Under the pieces are notes generated by a model, which worked only from the letters and a program-made list of their open reading frames with translations, ran no database searches and was not told the DNA's origin. The position numbers were made by a program, and so were the translations under genes. A stretch of DNA of 64,000 nt, taken from positions 2,950,689 to 3,014,688 of the forward strand of contig JAUPSS010000007.1 in the NCBI GenBank assembly GCA_040285825.1, read 5' to 3'. Positions 1 through 13,125 of this stretch are shown in pieces. Numbering within the stretch: position 1 is the stretch's first letter; the number at the start of each line of letters is the position of its first letter. The DNA comes from Eukaryota sp. TZLM1-RC (taxonomy: Eukaryota > Protista > Metamonada: BaSk clade).

Positions 1-635
1 TTACAAACCAAAACAGAGAAAAGCTAATTCATCTTTTCAAGCAAGAAAATTGTTTTTGAGAGGTAGATATGGAAGCGGATTAAAAAATATTTTTTCGGGA
101 AAACTGGCTGATAACAATCTCGAAACTGTTGAAAAATTGAAATCCCTCCATCCAACTGAAAATTTTTGCCCCAGTAAGCCTTCTATTTGTCAATATTGGC
201 TCGAAAATCCATTTCAGGCTCAAGAAGTATTGAATGCCGTTGCTAAATTACCAAAAGGAAAAGCTGCTGGTCCTTCAGGCATTTCCTTTGATTTGTTGAA
301 AACTTTCTGTAAAAATGCTCCTGAAATTTGTGAGGATCTTGCTTCCTATTTTCAAAATTTAATGTGTTTGAATTGTGTTCCTCCGCATGAATTGACTGCT
401 GCCCGTTTAGTTGCTTTAGTTAAACCTGGTAAAGGTGACAAACCTGATGGAGTTAGACCAATTGCTATTGGAGAGTCATTAACCAGATTGCTTTCTTCAC
501 TTATTTTTAACAGAATTTCTACTAAAGCAAGGGACTATTTGAAGCCTTTCCAATTTGGTATAAAAACTGTTGAAGGTGCTTCTGTTGCTTCAATGACTTC
601 AGATGTTTTTTTCAATAGTCAACAACATCAATATA
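1..635 (+). mobile_element. Family B non-LTR retrotransposon fragment (N-terminal part of RT), cut by window edge
   Basis: ORF 50-667 LRGRYG...KAAGPSG...DGVRPIAIGE...FQFGIK, near-identical to the reverse complement of about 5500-6135. Confidence 0.9.
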
Positions 636-1384
636 TTCAAAATTTAAATTTTATTCAAAACCTATAAATCAACATCTAAAAAATCCATTTCTCCCAGAAC
701 AAAAACACTAGATGCAACTCTCTCATAGTGAGATCCAAGAGAAAGCAAAGCATCAGAAACCATCTTCAACATCCCCTTAAAAATAGAAAACACAATTATA
801 TTTTGCCAAAACAATCTGTTGAAATTTCTGCCAGTTCTTCTCTTTACAATCATTTCAAAATCATCCAAAAAACGTAAAGCAGTTGGTGCAAGTGAACCAA
901 AAAGGGAAAATACAAATGGATACAAATTGTATTTTGCATGCTGTAGACTGGCCAATTTGGACAAAGGTTCATTGTATTTTTTGAATTTAAAATTTTCAGC
1001 ATTTGAAAGGGGATTATGAATTTCAGAATTAACTAGCCTTTCATTTGAGGCATTACAAGGATCAACAGACATTACATCCAATAAAATGAAACTTCCATCT
1101 AATCCAGGTAATATAACATCACCTCTATTATTCTTAAGAAAATCATCTTCAGCATCAAACAGATTTGACAACAGAGGTTCCAAGAAGGATTCAATTCTAT
1201 GAGATTTACACATACAATATAACTGGTCTCTTACAGCATCATGAACCTTGCTTCTAAAAGTAATAAAATGTTTACAATTTAACAAATGAGTAGTTGTAAT
1301 TTCTCGAGAACATTTACAAATTAAATTATGAGGTAAATTATCAGGCCAGATAAAGGAACGAAATCTCATATTCAGAGTCCAAGC
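636..1384 (-). mobile_element. Family A 5'-truncated copy (CCHC + RLE, 3' end)
   Basis: ORF 662-1369 CKC...HLLNC, HDAVRD, RGDV, ends FLDVDL; AATAAA in the 3' UTR. Confidence 0.9.
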
Positions 1385-1809
1385 TTTTTTTTTACCAAAA
1401 TTTTAATTTTATTCAAAACCTATAAATCAACATCTAAAAAATCCATCTCTCACAGAACAAAAACACTAAATGCAACTCTCTCATAGTGAGATCCAAGAGA
1501 AAGCAAAGCATCAGAAACCATCTTCAACATCCCCTTAAAAATAGAAAACACAATTCTATTTTGCCAAAACAATCTGTTGAAATTTCTGCCAGTTGTTCTC
1601 TTTACAATCATTTCAAAATCATCCAAAAAACGTAAAGCAGTTGGTGCAAGTGAACCAAAAAGGGAAAATACAAATGGATACAAATTGTATTTTGCATGCT
1701 GTAGACTGGCTAATTTGGACAAAGGTTCATTGTATTTTTTGAATTTAAAATTTTCAGCATTTGAAAGGGTTATGAATTTCAGAATTAACTAGCCTTTCAT
1801 TTGAGGCAT
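1385..1809 (-). mobile_element. Family A short 3' fragment with poly(A)
   Basis: T-run from 1385, A-family 3' UTR and RLE C-terminus (ORF 1450-1722). Confidence 0.9.
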
Positions 1810-1874
1810 CAATCCTCAAGGATTTCCTCCTGAGTTGTCTGCGTCACGTTTAATTCCTCTCAGTAAGAAAAATA

Positions 1875-2022
1875 TTTCTGATTCACTATCTTCTTTTGGG
1901 AAATTTTCTGAATCTTTAGCGATTAATTGTTTTGATGTAGGGGAGGCAGGTTTTGAGGATGTGGAGTTTTAATTGTGTATTTCATATTTGTTGTTGAATA
2001 AAAATAAATAAGGTAAAAAAAA
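1875..2022 (+). mobile_element. Family B 3' tip inserted into G
   Basis: Encodes ...GFEDVEF*, then an A-tail; TSD AGTAAGAAAAATA at 1862-1874 and 2023-2035. Confidence 0.9.
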
Positions 2023-2207
2023 AGTAAGAAAAATAATGGAGTTAGACCTATTGCCATAGGTGAAGTTGTTTCACGATTATTGTCTTTGCTTGTGTTTTCT
2101 AGAATAAAAAATTGTGCCAAGGAATTTTTGAGGTCTTTTCAATTCGGTATCGGTACGTATGACGGTGCTAATTCCGCTGCTCTTGCTGTTGATCTTTTCA
2201 TGAATTT

Positions 2208-2704
2208 TTTTTTTAATTTCATTTTAATTTATTTTCAAAACCACAGTCTAAAAGTCAATATCTTCAAAACAAGCTTCCACACCATCAAACCTTACAGCAG
2301 CAATGTTTTCATAATGTGCACTGACAGACATTAAAGCTTTCGAAATCATTTTAGGAATTGATTTGAAAATAGTAAAAACAATACGATTTAGCCACAAGCC
2401 ACGATCAAAACGCTTATTCATTCTTTTTTTCACAAGATTTTCAAAATCATCAATAAAATTCAAAGCAGTTTTTGAAAGACGACCATACAACGATATAGCA
2501 AATGGGCAAATTTGGTAATCTACATGGCGAACATGTTTCAATTCTTTTAAAGGATTTGCATACTTTTTCCGTTTGTACAATTCGGAGTCATCAAGGGGGG
2601 ATACTTCGGATTGAGCATTTTTCAAGGCATTTTTCTTGCATACATCCACTGTTACGACATCAACAACATTCATGACATCATCAAACGAGGGCACAACAAC
2701 AACA
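2208..2704 (-). mobile_element. Family C 3' fragment inserted into G
   Basis: ORF 2248-2694 ends FEDIDF; TSD TTTCATGAATTT at 2196-2207 and 2705-2716. Confidence 0.9.
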
Positions 2705-3522
2705 TTTCATGAATTTGTCAATTGATAACATGGCAGTAATTTGTGATTTTAAAAATGCCTTCAATTCAGTTAAGCGCAATGCAATTCTTGAGTCTTTGAA
2801 AACGTCCCCTGTTCTGGCTGAAGTTGCCCCTCTGTTTGAGTTTTTGTATTCCAAACATTCGAATCTTGTTTTAGACACTGACTCTATTCCTTCATGCTCA
2901 GGTGTAAAGCAAGGTGATCCCATTGGTCCTTTTCTCTTTTGTGTTGCTCTACATCCTTTGTTTGAAAAGTTGAAGTCTCGGTTTCCTGATTTGGAAGTTG
3001 TTGCTTACATGGATGACGTATCCCTTATTGGTAATGCTTCTTTAGTACACGAAGCTGTTATTTATTTTGGTAAACTTGCACTGAATATTGGTCTAGAACT
3101 TAACGCTAGCAAGTGTCGAGTTCTTGGGCGTTCGTTTCATTCAATTGTGCTTAACGATGAAGAAAATCCTTTTGTGGATTATCAAAATGATTGTATTGAA
3201 TTACTGGGTACTTTCATTGGAAATGAATCAGCCATTAGTAGATCATTACATAAGGAAATTGAAAGTGCATCTGCTAAGTTGGATGAAATTCAGGCTTTGC
3301 CGTTGAAAAAACATATTAAATTCCATGTGGATAGGTTATGCTTCAGTTCTTAAGTAAATCACCTGATTCGCTCTATTCCACCGGATTTGACCACACCTGA
3401 AATCAAATTGTTTTTGTCTCGAAGAACCAACTTTTTGGTTGACTTACTTAGTGTTAAGAACATTAAGGATATTCCACTTCACTGTTTGAGGTCACATTCG
3501 TATGGTGGTGTTGGTTGAATTA

Positions 3523-6500
3523 CTTATTTTTATTCAACAACAAATATGAAATACACAATTAAAACTCCACATCCTCAAAACCTGCCTCCCCTACATCAAA
3601 ACAATTAATCGCTAAAGATTCAGAAAATTTCCCAAAAGAAGATAGTGAATCAGAAATTAGTGTTACCATTCCCTTAAAAATAGAAAATACAATCCTGTCT
3701 TGCCAGTAAACACGATTGAAAATTCTTCCAGTTCTTTCCTTTACAACTACAACAAAATCCTCAAGGAAAGCCATAGCAGCCTTACCTAGAGATCCAAGCA
3801 AAGAAAAAACAAATGGACATAAATTATATTGGGCATGAGAATTTTCATTAACCGAGGAAATGGGTTTCGCATATTTAGCAATTTTATATTTTTCGCCTGC
3901 AAGAAGAGGATTATTTACATCCGAGTTAATGAAATGTTCGTTAGAGGAATTACAAGGGTCAATAGACATGGCGTCCAAAATAGTAAAACTACCATTTAAA
4001 CCAGGAACAACTAGATCACCTCTAGTCAGACCCATAGAAGCTCTGTTGTAACGCGTACTATCAATATTGGGATCATCAAGAATTAATTTTGATAACAGCG
4101 GTTCTAAAAAGGAATCTACTCGATATGATTTGCACATTACATAAATTTGGTCCCTGACGTTATTATGCACTTTGCTTCTAAACGTAATGAAATGTTTACA
4201 GTTCAAAAGATGAGTAAACAAAAGAGGTTTACCACATTTACAAGTTAAATAATTGGGCAAATTGTTTGGCCACAGAAAACAACGAAAACGCATGTTTAGA
4301 AGCCATTCATTGTCTTTTAACAAAAGTCCATAAACAGAGGGAACTTGAGTTACTAAAGCAGCAGCTGAACTATCACGAATATCCTTTAAAAAATTACCGA
4401 AAGCGGGATTTTTAGTTTTGGCCAAGCCAAGTCTTACTTCATAATCCAAGCCTTCATATAATTTAACCAGATGGTGTTGAAGCTTTTTCAAGCAAAAACG
4501 TAAATTTGGAAGTGATCGAATGGGAATTTCTTGAACATTTTGAGGAAAACACTGAATCCAGATATCACTAGGCAAATTTCCTAATTCAAATTGCAGTTGA
4601 TTCAAGTAAAAATTTGATTCACCATTGATCAGATGAACATCAAAAGGGAACCTTTGGAAAAATTCAAAAACAAAATTTTTACCACCTCCCAAAAATGCTG
4701 CTTTACACAGAATCGAAGATTTCGTGAATCCAATTCCACCCAAATCTGCTGAACAAAATACATGACTTCGAATTAAAGATTCATTTACTTCTAATAAAGA
4801 AGAAAAAAATTTGACTCGAAGTTTGTTAAAAGATCAGCAAAAATTGAGAGATACAGATGGGGGAGTTGACCTTAAAATATGAGTGAATTTTCCAGAATAA
4901 CAAATTTTTAAAATAAAAAATTTGATGTGTTTCTCAATGTCACATTCAGCAATAAAACTAAGATCCTTGTCAAACTTCTCCAATAAATTGTTTAACTGGG
5001 AATAAATTTCATCCAAATTGCCAAGCCAACATCCAAGAAACTTAAAAGCTTGTTGGTCATAATTGATAAAAGGAATCTGAGCTCCACCAATCATCAAAGA
5101 TTGTTTTTCTCTACCAATCAAGAGACATTTAGATGGGTTCAAAGCTAAAGCAATTTCTTTGTATTTCGCCGCAATGTCTTCAGAAACCCTAGAAATGCTT
5201 TCAAAAGAACCAATAATAGAAATGTCATCCATATAGGCAACAATACGCAAATCAGGGAAATCTTGTTGTGTCATTTTAATAATATTATGAATAGCCAAAC
5301 AAAACAGCAAAGGGCCAAGAGGATCACCTTGTTTCACACCAGAAGAAGATTCAAGGGTAAAGGAGTCAAAAATTAAGTCTGATTTTTTTCCATAAAATAA
5401 ATAAAAATATGCAAAAAGTTCAGGAAAATCATGAAGAATCACATCAAAAATACAATTACGTTTCACAGAATTGAAAGCATTTTTGAAATCCAAATTGAAA
5501 ATATATTGATGTTGTTGACTATTGAAAAAAACATCTGAAGTCATTGAAGCAACAGAAGCACCTTCAACAGTTTTTATACCAAATTGGAAAGGCTTCAAAT
5601 AGTCCCTTGCTTTAGTAGAAATTCTGTTAAAAATAAGTGAAGAAAGCAATCTGGTTAATGACTCTCCAATAGCAATTGGTCTAACTCCATCAGGTTTGTC
5701 ACCTTTACCAGGTTTAACTAAAGCAACTAAACGGGCAGCAGTCAATTCATGCGGAGGAACATAATTCAAACACATTAAATTTTGAAAATAGGAAGCAAGA
5801 TCCTCACAAATTTCAGGAGCATTTTTACAGGCAGTTTTCAACAAATCAAAGGAAATGCCTGAAGGACCAGCAGCTTTTCCTTTTGGTAATTTAGCAACGG
5901 CATTCAATACTTCTTGAGCCTGAAATGGATTTTCGAGCCAATATTGACAAATAGAAGGCTTACTGGGGCAAAAATTTTCAGTTGGATGGAGGGATTTCAA
6001 TTTTTCAACAGTTTCGAGATTGTTATCAGCCAGTTTTCCCGAAAAAATATTTTTTAATCCGCTTCCATATCTACCTCTCAAAAACAATTTTCTTGCTTGA
6101 AAAGATGAATTAGCTTTTCTCTGTTTTGGTTTGTAATTAATTTTTTTCTTATTCTTTTTGGCAAAGAATTTCCAAAATCTTGTTATGTTCCATTTGTTCA
6201 ATTTCAATTGCGAAGAAAAAGAACGCATTTCCATTGACATAGGAACAGAACTGGCAGGACTCACCTCTACAGGAATTTTAACAGGTGCACGAAGAGAATC
6301 ACTTGTTTGACAGTCAAAACAAAACAAGAGAGGGCGACCATTAGAAGAATTAGAGAGGAACTTTTTGCAAAAAGGACAATTAAGTTTCAAGACATTATCC
6401 GTAGGATCAGGAGCAACAGTTTTTGGTAAATGAGTTTGATCAATATTTAAATCATAATTAACATCATCAGCAGAAACATTGGGAACAGGAGGAAGAATCA

Positions 6501-7184
6501 GTTCGGATGGCGTTTGCAAACTGTTAACAATAGAAATATTGGTTTTCAGTCTCATTTTTTCGGTAATAACATCAGGACATTTTCTAATGTTATGACCAAC
6601 CTTGCTACATTTGGAACAGGTATGTCTTCTTTTTTGCACTTTTTCAGGCGTAATATCAGGGGCATCACACAAAGGCAAAAAATCTGTTTTAAAAATTTTC
6701 AAATTTTTTTGAGAAGAATTTCGAGCATAGCTTGAAGGGTGGGGAGAGTGAAGAAGTGAAGGGGATGAGCTTGATCTGATGGATAGAATCTTTGCTTGGG
6801 CGTTCCAATCAGTATCAGAGTCACTATCAGTCAATGGCATCGTTTTGGCAAAGACACAGTACAACTTGGACGCCGTGACAGAAAGTGAAATATCAGAGGG
6901 TTGACCAGGGGAGGGAGAAAAACTTTTAAAATTCTTGATCAGAATTTTTTTTGTCCAAAAATGAAGAGAGAAGAGGTTGAGGAGGAGAGGTGGAAAGGAC
7001 GTCTTGAGCATCTTGTTGTCTATCGTTCTTTCTTTTGACTCCATTAGAATCAGAAACTGATTCAGGCATCAACAAGAAAGAATAGAAGCAATGATCGCGG
7101 TTCAGCCAGGTTTTAAGTTAAACGGTTATTTGTAGAGGAAGGACGAAAAGATGATAAACTATAAAATAAACTAAACTAAACTAC
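3523..7184 (-). mobile_element. Family B full-length element (5' UTR, single ORF, 3' UTR)
   Basis: Continuous sequence from the 5' UTR through knuckle, RT and RLE to the AATAAA 3' end. Confidence 0.9.
3559..7044 (-). CDS. Family B polyprotein (CCHC knuckle, C4 finger, RT, CCHC, restriction-like endonuclease) with one internal nonsense codon at 4834-4836
   Basis: ORFs 4834-7044 and 3559-4743 share a frame; TGA replaces the AGA seen in other copies (FCRSF). Motifs CSKCSKVGHNIRKC, CPFC...CFDC, QGDPLGP, AYMDD, CKCG...HLLNC, RGDL, EKYKIAKY. True start may be the ATG at 6840 (MPLTDSDSD). Confidence 0.85.
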
Positions 7185-7823
7185 TTGGTTCTTTTGAAAG
7201 CATTTCTAGGGTCTCTGAAGACATTGCGGCGAAATACAAAGAAATTGGATTAGCTTTGAACCCATCTAAATGTCTCTTGATTGGTAGAGAAAAACAATCT
7301 TTGATGATTGGTGGAGCTCAGATTCCTTTTATCAATTATGACCAACAAGCTTTTAAGTTTTTTGGATGTTGGCTTGGCAATTTGGATGAAATTTATTCCC
7401 AGTTAAACAATTTATTGGAGAAGTTTGACAAGGATCTTAGTTTTATTGCTGAATGTGACATTGAGAAACACATCAAATTTTTTTATTTCAAAAATTTGTT
7501 ATTCTGGAAAAATTCACTCATATTTTAAGGTCAACTCCCCCATCGGTATCTCTCAATTTTTGCAGATCTTTTAACAAACTTCGAGTCAAATTTTTTCTTC
7601 TTTATTAGAAGTAAATGAATCTTTAATTCGAAGTCATGTATTTTGTTCAGCAGATTTGGGTGGAATTGGATTCACCAAATCTTCGATTCTGTGTAAAGCA
7701 GCTTTTTTTAGGAGGTGGTAAAAATTTTTTTTGAATTTTTCCAAAGGTTCCCTTTTGATGTTCATCTCATCAATGGTGAATCAAAATTTTACTTGAATCA
7801 ACTGCAATTTGAATTAGAAAATT

Positions 7824-10800
7824 AAGTAAAATTTTTGAAGACAAATGCTTTGACAACAAATGGTCCAAGGCTTTGTCAGCTTTAAGTCCCGGAGTTAAAG
7901 CACCGAACAATGAAAATACAATAGATAAACTGAAAATACTTCATCCTTATGAAGACCCTATAATGGATCAAAATTTTTACGGCACATACTGGGAAAATTA
8001 TCCATTGATGCCATCAGAAGTTTTTTCGGTTATCAAAAAGAGACCTCGTGGTAAATCTGCCGGACTTTCTGGTATTACTATTGATCATGTAAAAGCCGCG
8101 ATTATTTCTTCAGAAGATTGCCTTGGTTTATTGACCAAATTTTTCAACCAAATATTATCTGGTCAACGCAAATACCCAGAAGAATTAAGAAGTTCTCGTT
8201 TGACTGCACTTGTCAAAAATTCAAAAATGGATGTTCGTCCTATTGCAATCTCTGAGAGCTTACACAATATTTTTTCTGCGTGTTGCTTAAGCAGGTTCAA
8301 TGAAAAAGCTAAAAAGATTTTATTACCCTTTCAATATGGTATAAATACTACAGATGGAGTCTCTTCAGCGATTTTTGCTACTGATGTCTTATTTCGTCAA
8401 AATGAATCCAATGTTTGCATGTCATTGGATTTTAGTAATGCTTTCAATTCACTAAGTCGTCGCAGTATCCATGGTGCTCTATTGCAATATATGCCGGAAT
8501 TAATACCATATTTTCAATCAACATATTGCACATATTCTAATTTACATTTTGGTAACAACATTTTGAGTTCATCAAGTGGCGTAAAGCAAGGAGATCCGTT
8601 AGGACCTCTTTTGTTTTGTTTGGCCATTCATCCTATTCTACTGCAAATTCAAGAGATGTTTCCTTCACTAAAAATGATTGCATATATGGATGATGTTGTG
8701 CTTATTGGTGATTTAAATATTGTGAAAAAAGCAACTGTATGTTTTAAAGAATTATTTACCAAAATTGGTCTCCGACTTAATTTACTTAAATGTGTTTTGT
8801 TATCGAATTCTCCAGTTTCCACAATAATTGATGATATTGAAATTCAAGCCAAATTATATTCAATTGATGCTATTCGTCATTTGGGTTCGTTTTTAGGAAA
8901 TAATGATGAAATTACCAAAAAATTGTTTGAAAAGTTGAACTCAATTTCTGACAAAATTGACCGAATGATGAATTTAGATATAAAAAAACACATCAAATTT
9001 ACCATTATAAGACTGTGTTTTAGTTCCAATTTTAATCATATATTTCGATCTACAAATCCTCTCGTCACTAGACCTTTGGCTCAAAAAGTTTAATGAGTTA
9101 CGTGCAAAAGTTCTGTCTCAATTACTGGGATGTAAAATGTTTCAAATTCCAGATCATGCTTACCTTAGTCCACATTATGGTGGTTTAGGGTGGACGAAGG
9201 CTTCTATTCTTACCTCGTGTGCTTTTTGTTGGTGGATGCAGAAATGCAATCTTTGAGTTTTCCGAAAGATTTGCAGATTGGGAAGATTTATTGATGACAA
9301 CGCAAAGTTCCACTGTTTTTGCATTAAATGAAGAAATTTCAAGAATTGATGTAGAAAAATGGGGTCGATGTTTTCCCCAATCATTCAATGGCAATATTCC
9401 AGAAAAAAATGTTTTAAATTTGAAGTACACTCTTCGAACATTACAGAAAAGATTGACTGGAATGTATGAAAAAGATCTTTATAATAATATTTGCAGCTCG
9501 GCTGTTTTAAATCAAGATCTTCACTCATTGTTATTGGCAAAGGGTGTTTGTGAAAACAAGGCGTCAGATTCTTCACTTTTTGTAACCATTGTACCACGAA
9601 GATTTGGATTGTGTGCCACTAATGAAGCATTTGTAACAAAAATGAGATTATATTTGAACATTCCCATTAACCAATTATTATCAAAAGAAAAATGTATTTG
9701 TTTTTTTTTAATTTAATTTTAATTTATTTTCAAAACCACAGTCTAAAAGTCAATATCTTCAAAACAAGCTTCCACACCATCAAACCTTACAGCAGCAATG
9801 TTTTCATAATGTGCACTGACAGACATTAAAGCTTTCGAAATCATTTTAGGAATCGATTTGAAAATAGTAAAAACAATACGATTTAGCCACAAGCGACGAT
9901 CAAAACGCTTATTCATTCTTTTTTTCACAAGATTTTCAAAATCATCAATAAAATTCAAAGAAGTTTTTCCAAGACGACCATACAACGATATAGCAAATGG
10001 GCAAATTTGGTAATCTACATGGCGAACATGTTTCAATTCTTTTAAAGGATTTGCATACTTTTTCCGTTTGTACAATTCGGAGTCATCAAGGGGGGATACT
10101 TCGGATTGAGCATTTTTCAAGGCATTTTTCTTGCATACATCCACTGTTACGACATCAACAACATTCATGACATCATCAAACGAGGGCACAACAACATCAG
10201 CACGTTGTTTTCCATATTCTGAATCTCTTACGCTTTCATTTATATCAAGAGACCTCAACAAAGGTTCTACAAAGGATTCAATATGATAGGAATTACACAT
10301 TGCATGGATTTGATCTCTGACTGCATCATGCAACGTAGAACGATAGGAAATATATCTATTACAATTAAATAAATGTGATAATGTCAAACCAGCTCCACAT
10401 TTACAAAACAAATCATTGGGCAAATTACAAGGCCATAAATAACAACGCATTCTCATAGCAGTGGTCCATTGGTCGTCATTCAAAAATAGACCATAAACCT
10501 GGGGAATTTGATTTATCAAAACTGCAGATGAACTGTCCTTCAAATCAATCAAAAAAATTGGCAAAAGCAGGATTTTTCTTTCTTAGCCGTGCTAAGTCGA
10601 ACAATAAAATCCTTGTTTTCAAAATTTTTCAAAAGATGTCGTTGGAGCTTTTTCAACGCAAATTTTAATGAATATAAACTTCTGTCTGGAATTTCTTGAA
10701 TGGATATGGGGAAACATGATTGCCATAAGTCGGGAGATAAACTGGATATTTCTTCTCTTAAGTTATCCAGGAATAGGCTATTTGTATTTTCAAGAAGATT

Positions 10801-12284
10801 TTCGGCAAAGGATATCTTCTAGAGAATTCAAATACAAAATTTTTTCCACCACCAATAAATGCAGCTTTGGTCAAATATTTTGATGAATTGAATCCAACAC
10901 CGCCAAGTTGAACATCAGAAAAAATATGATTTTTCAAAATTGATGGATCAACAGACATTAAATAAGCCAAAAATTGGGTACGTATTTTGTTAAATTGTCT
11001 ACAAAAATTGTAAGTTAGGGATGGAGGTAATGATCGCAGTAAATGAGTAATTTTTCCAGCATAACAAATTTTCAAAAGAAAAAACTTGAGATGTTTTTCC
11101 AATTCAAGAGTTTTTATGACTTCTAGCTCTTTTTTAATTGAATTTAAATAATTTTCAAGGCTGTCAAGTGTCTTTTCGGCGGAACCTAAATAGCAACCCA
11201 GAAAGCAGAAACTAGTTGAAGTATAATCAATATATGGAACTTCGAGGGAATTAATTATTAACTTAACATTTTTTCTAGAAATACAAAAACATTTTTGAAC
11301 ATTCAAGTCAAGACCCATGGATTGGTATAATGTAGCAGCTTCATTAGCAACCCTATTAATTGTACTTTCTGGACCAATACAAGAAATGTCATCCATGTAA
11401 GCTACCACTTGAAGGTCAGAATTTTCTTCTTTTAATTTTTCCAAAATTGGGTGAATTGCAAGACAAAAAAAGAAAGGACCTAAAGGGTCTCCTTGTTTAA
11501 CTCCTGATAAAGAATCCAGATTAAAAGAATTAAAAATTAAATCAGATGAATTACCATAAAACCTATAAAAAAAGGTTTCGAGATGTATTTGTTCGAATTC
11601 ACCTCGACTCACTTTGCGCCATGCTCTAAATTGCTCTAAATTGATAACTTATCGTTCTTCATTACATGATGCTGTTAGAGACACTGTTTTCAATATGGCA
11701 CAAACTGCAAGGATATCGTGTATCAAAGAGCCCCTGCTGAAGGAAACACTTTCTCTGAATAATTTTGGTTCTGATGATAGAGGTGATGTATACTGTGATT
11801 GGATTGATAATTCTGAAGCTATTGTTGACTTTGTCTCATGTAATGTTGCAAACGATACTTTGGTTCACAGAAGAAAACTTAATCCTGTGGCTGCTCTGGA
11901 TTTTAAAGCAAAAGAAAAACATAGAAAATATGATAAAGAAATTGAAGATGCAAATGTCGATAGAAATACACAGCTGGTTTTTATTGCTTTCCCATTTTCG
12001 ATAAATGGAAGATTATCAGTTGAAGCAGAAACTTTTTTTGGATGACTTCCAAAAAAATGGTGAAAGAAAAAACAATGAAAAAGATTTGATATTTTTCTAT
12101 GGCGTTCACGGATTCAATTTGCCATTATTAATAGATTACCGCGGTTTTTCAATCGAATTAGAGAAGCTTTAGCTAGACAGCAAGCAAATCAAGATTTTGT
12201 AGAGGAAATTTTGGTTTAATGATAGTCGTCCCATTAGTTATGATTTAATTTAATCAAGTGTGCAAATTCAATAAATACGATTAA
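7824..12284 (+). mobile_element. Family D element (RT + RLE) interrupted by C
   Basis: ORFs 7873-9093, 9219-9716 and 11614-12045; QGDPLGP, AYMDD, CICS...HALNC, RGDV. Confidence 0.9.
9703..11582 (-). mobile_element. Family C 5'-truncated insertion in D
   Basis: Poly(T) at 9701-9709; TSD ATGTATTTGTT at 9692-9702 and 11583-11593. Confidence 0.92.
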
Positions 12285-13125
12285 TAAAATTTGCCTAGTG
12301 ATATCTGGATTCAGTGTTTTCCTCAAAATGTTCAAGAAATTCCCACCCGATCACTTCCAAATTTACGTTTTTGCTTGAAAAAGCTTCAGCACCATCTGGT
12401 TAAATTATATGAAGGCTTGGATTATGAAGTAAGACTTGGCTTGGCCAAAACTAAAAATCCCGCTTTCGGTAATTTTTTAAAGGATATTCGTGATAAGTCA
12501 GCTGCTGCTTTAGTAACTCAAGTTCCCTCTGTTTATGGACTTTTGTTAAAAAACAATGAATGGCTTCTAAACATGCGTTTTCGTTGTTTTCTGTGGCCAA
12601 ACAATTTGCCCAATCATTTAACTTGTAAATGTGGTAAACCTCTTTTGTTTACTCATCTTTTGAACTGTAAACAATTCATTACGTTTAGAAGCAAAGTGAA
12701 TAATAACGTCAGGGACCAAATTTATGTAATGTGCAAATCATATCGAGTAGATTCTTTTTAGAACCGCTGTTATCAAAATTAATTCTTGATGATCCCAATA
12801 TTGATAGTACGCGTTACAACAGAGCTTCTATGGGTCTGACTAGAGGTGATCTAGTTGTTCCTGGTTTAAATGGTAGTTTTACTATTTTGGACGCCATGTC
12901 TATTGACCCTTGTAATTCCTCTCTAACGAACATCTCATTAACTCGGATGTAAATAATCCTCTTCTTGCAGGCGAAAAATATAAAATTGCTAAATATGCGA
13001 AACCCATTTCCTCGGTTAATGAAAATTCTCATGCCTAATATAATTTATGTCCATTTGTTTTTTCTTTGCTTGGATCTCTAGGTAAGGCTGCTATGGCTTT
13101 CCTTGAGGATTTTGTTGTCTCTGAA

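Larger units (their letters stand above)
1810..3522 (+). pseudogene. Family G, divergent decayed RT fragment split by two younger insertions
   Basis: Joining 1810-1874, 2036-2207 and 2717-3522 gives PPELSASRLIPLSKKNNGVRPIAIGE...FQFGI...DFKNAFNS...QGDPIGP...AYMDD; in-frame stops at 3351 and about 3516. Confidence 0.85.
7185..13120 (+). mobile_element. Family B 5'-truncated copy (7185-7823 + ~12285-13120) interrupted by D
   Basis: Reading ...QLQFELEN / LPSDIWIQC resumes after the D insertion. Confidence 0.85.

Noticed and set aside
4834-4836. TGA recoding or two-ORF organisation in B
   Set aside because: Other B copies have AGA here; simple nonsense change or sequencing error
7047-7063. Spliced-leader target remnant (CAGTTTCTG on the minus strand)
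   Set aside because: A 9-nt match explained by a local hairpin; no SL gene context
7160-7184. Telomeric repeat tract or telomere-targeted array
   Set aside because: Only about three TTTAG units, no G-rich repeat, and no such repeats at other junctions; orientations are mixed
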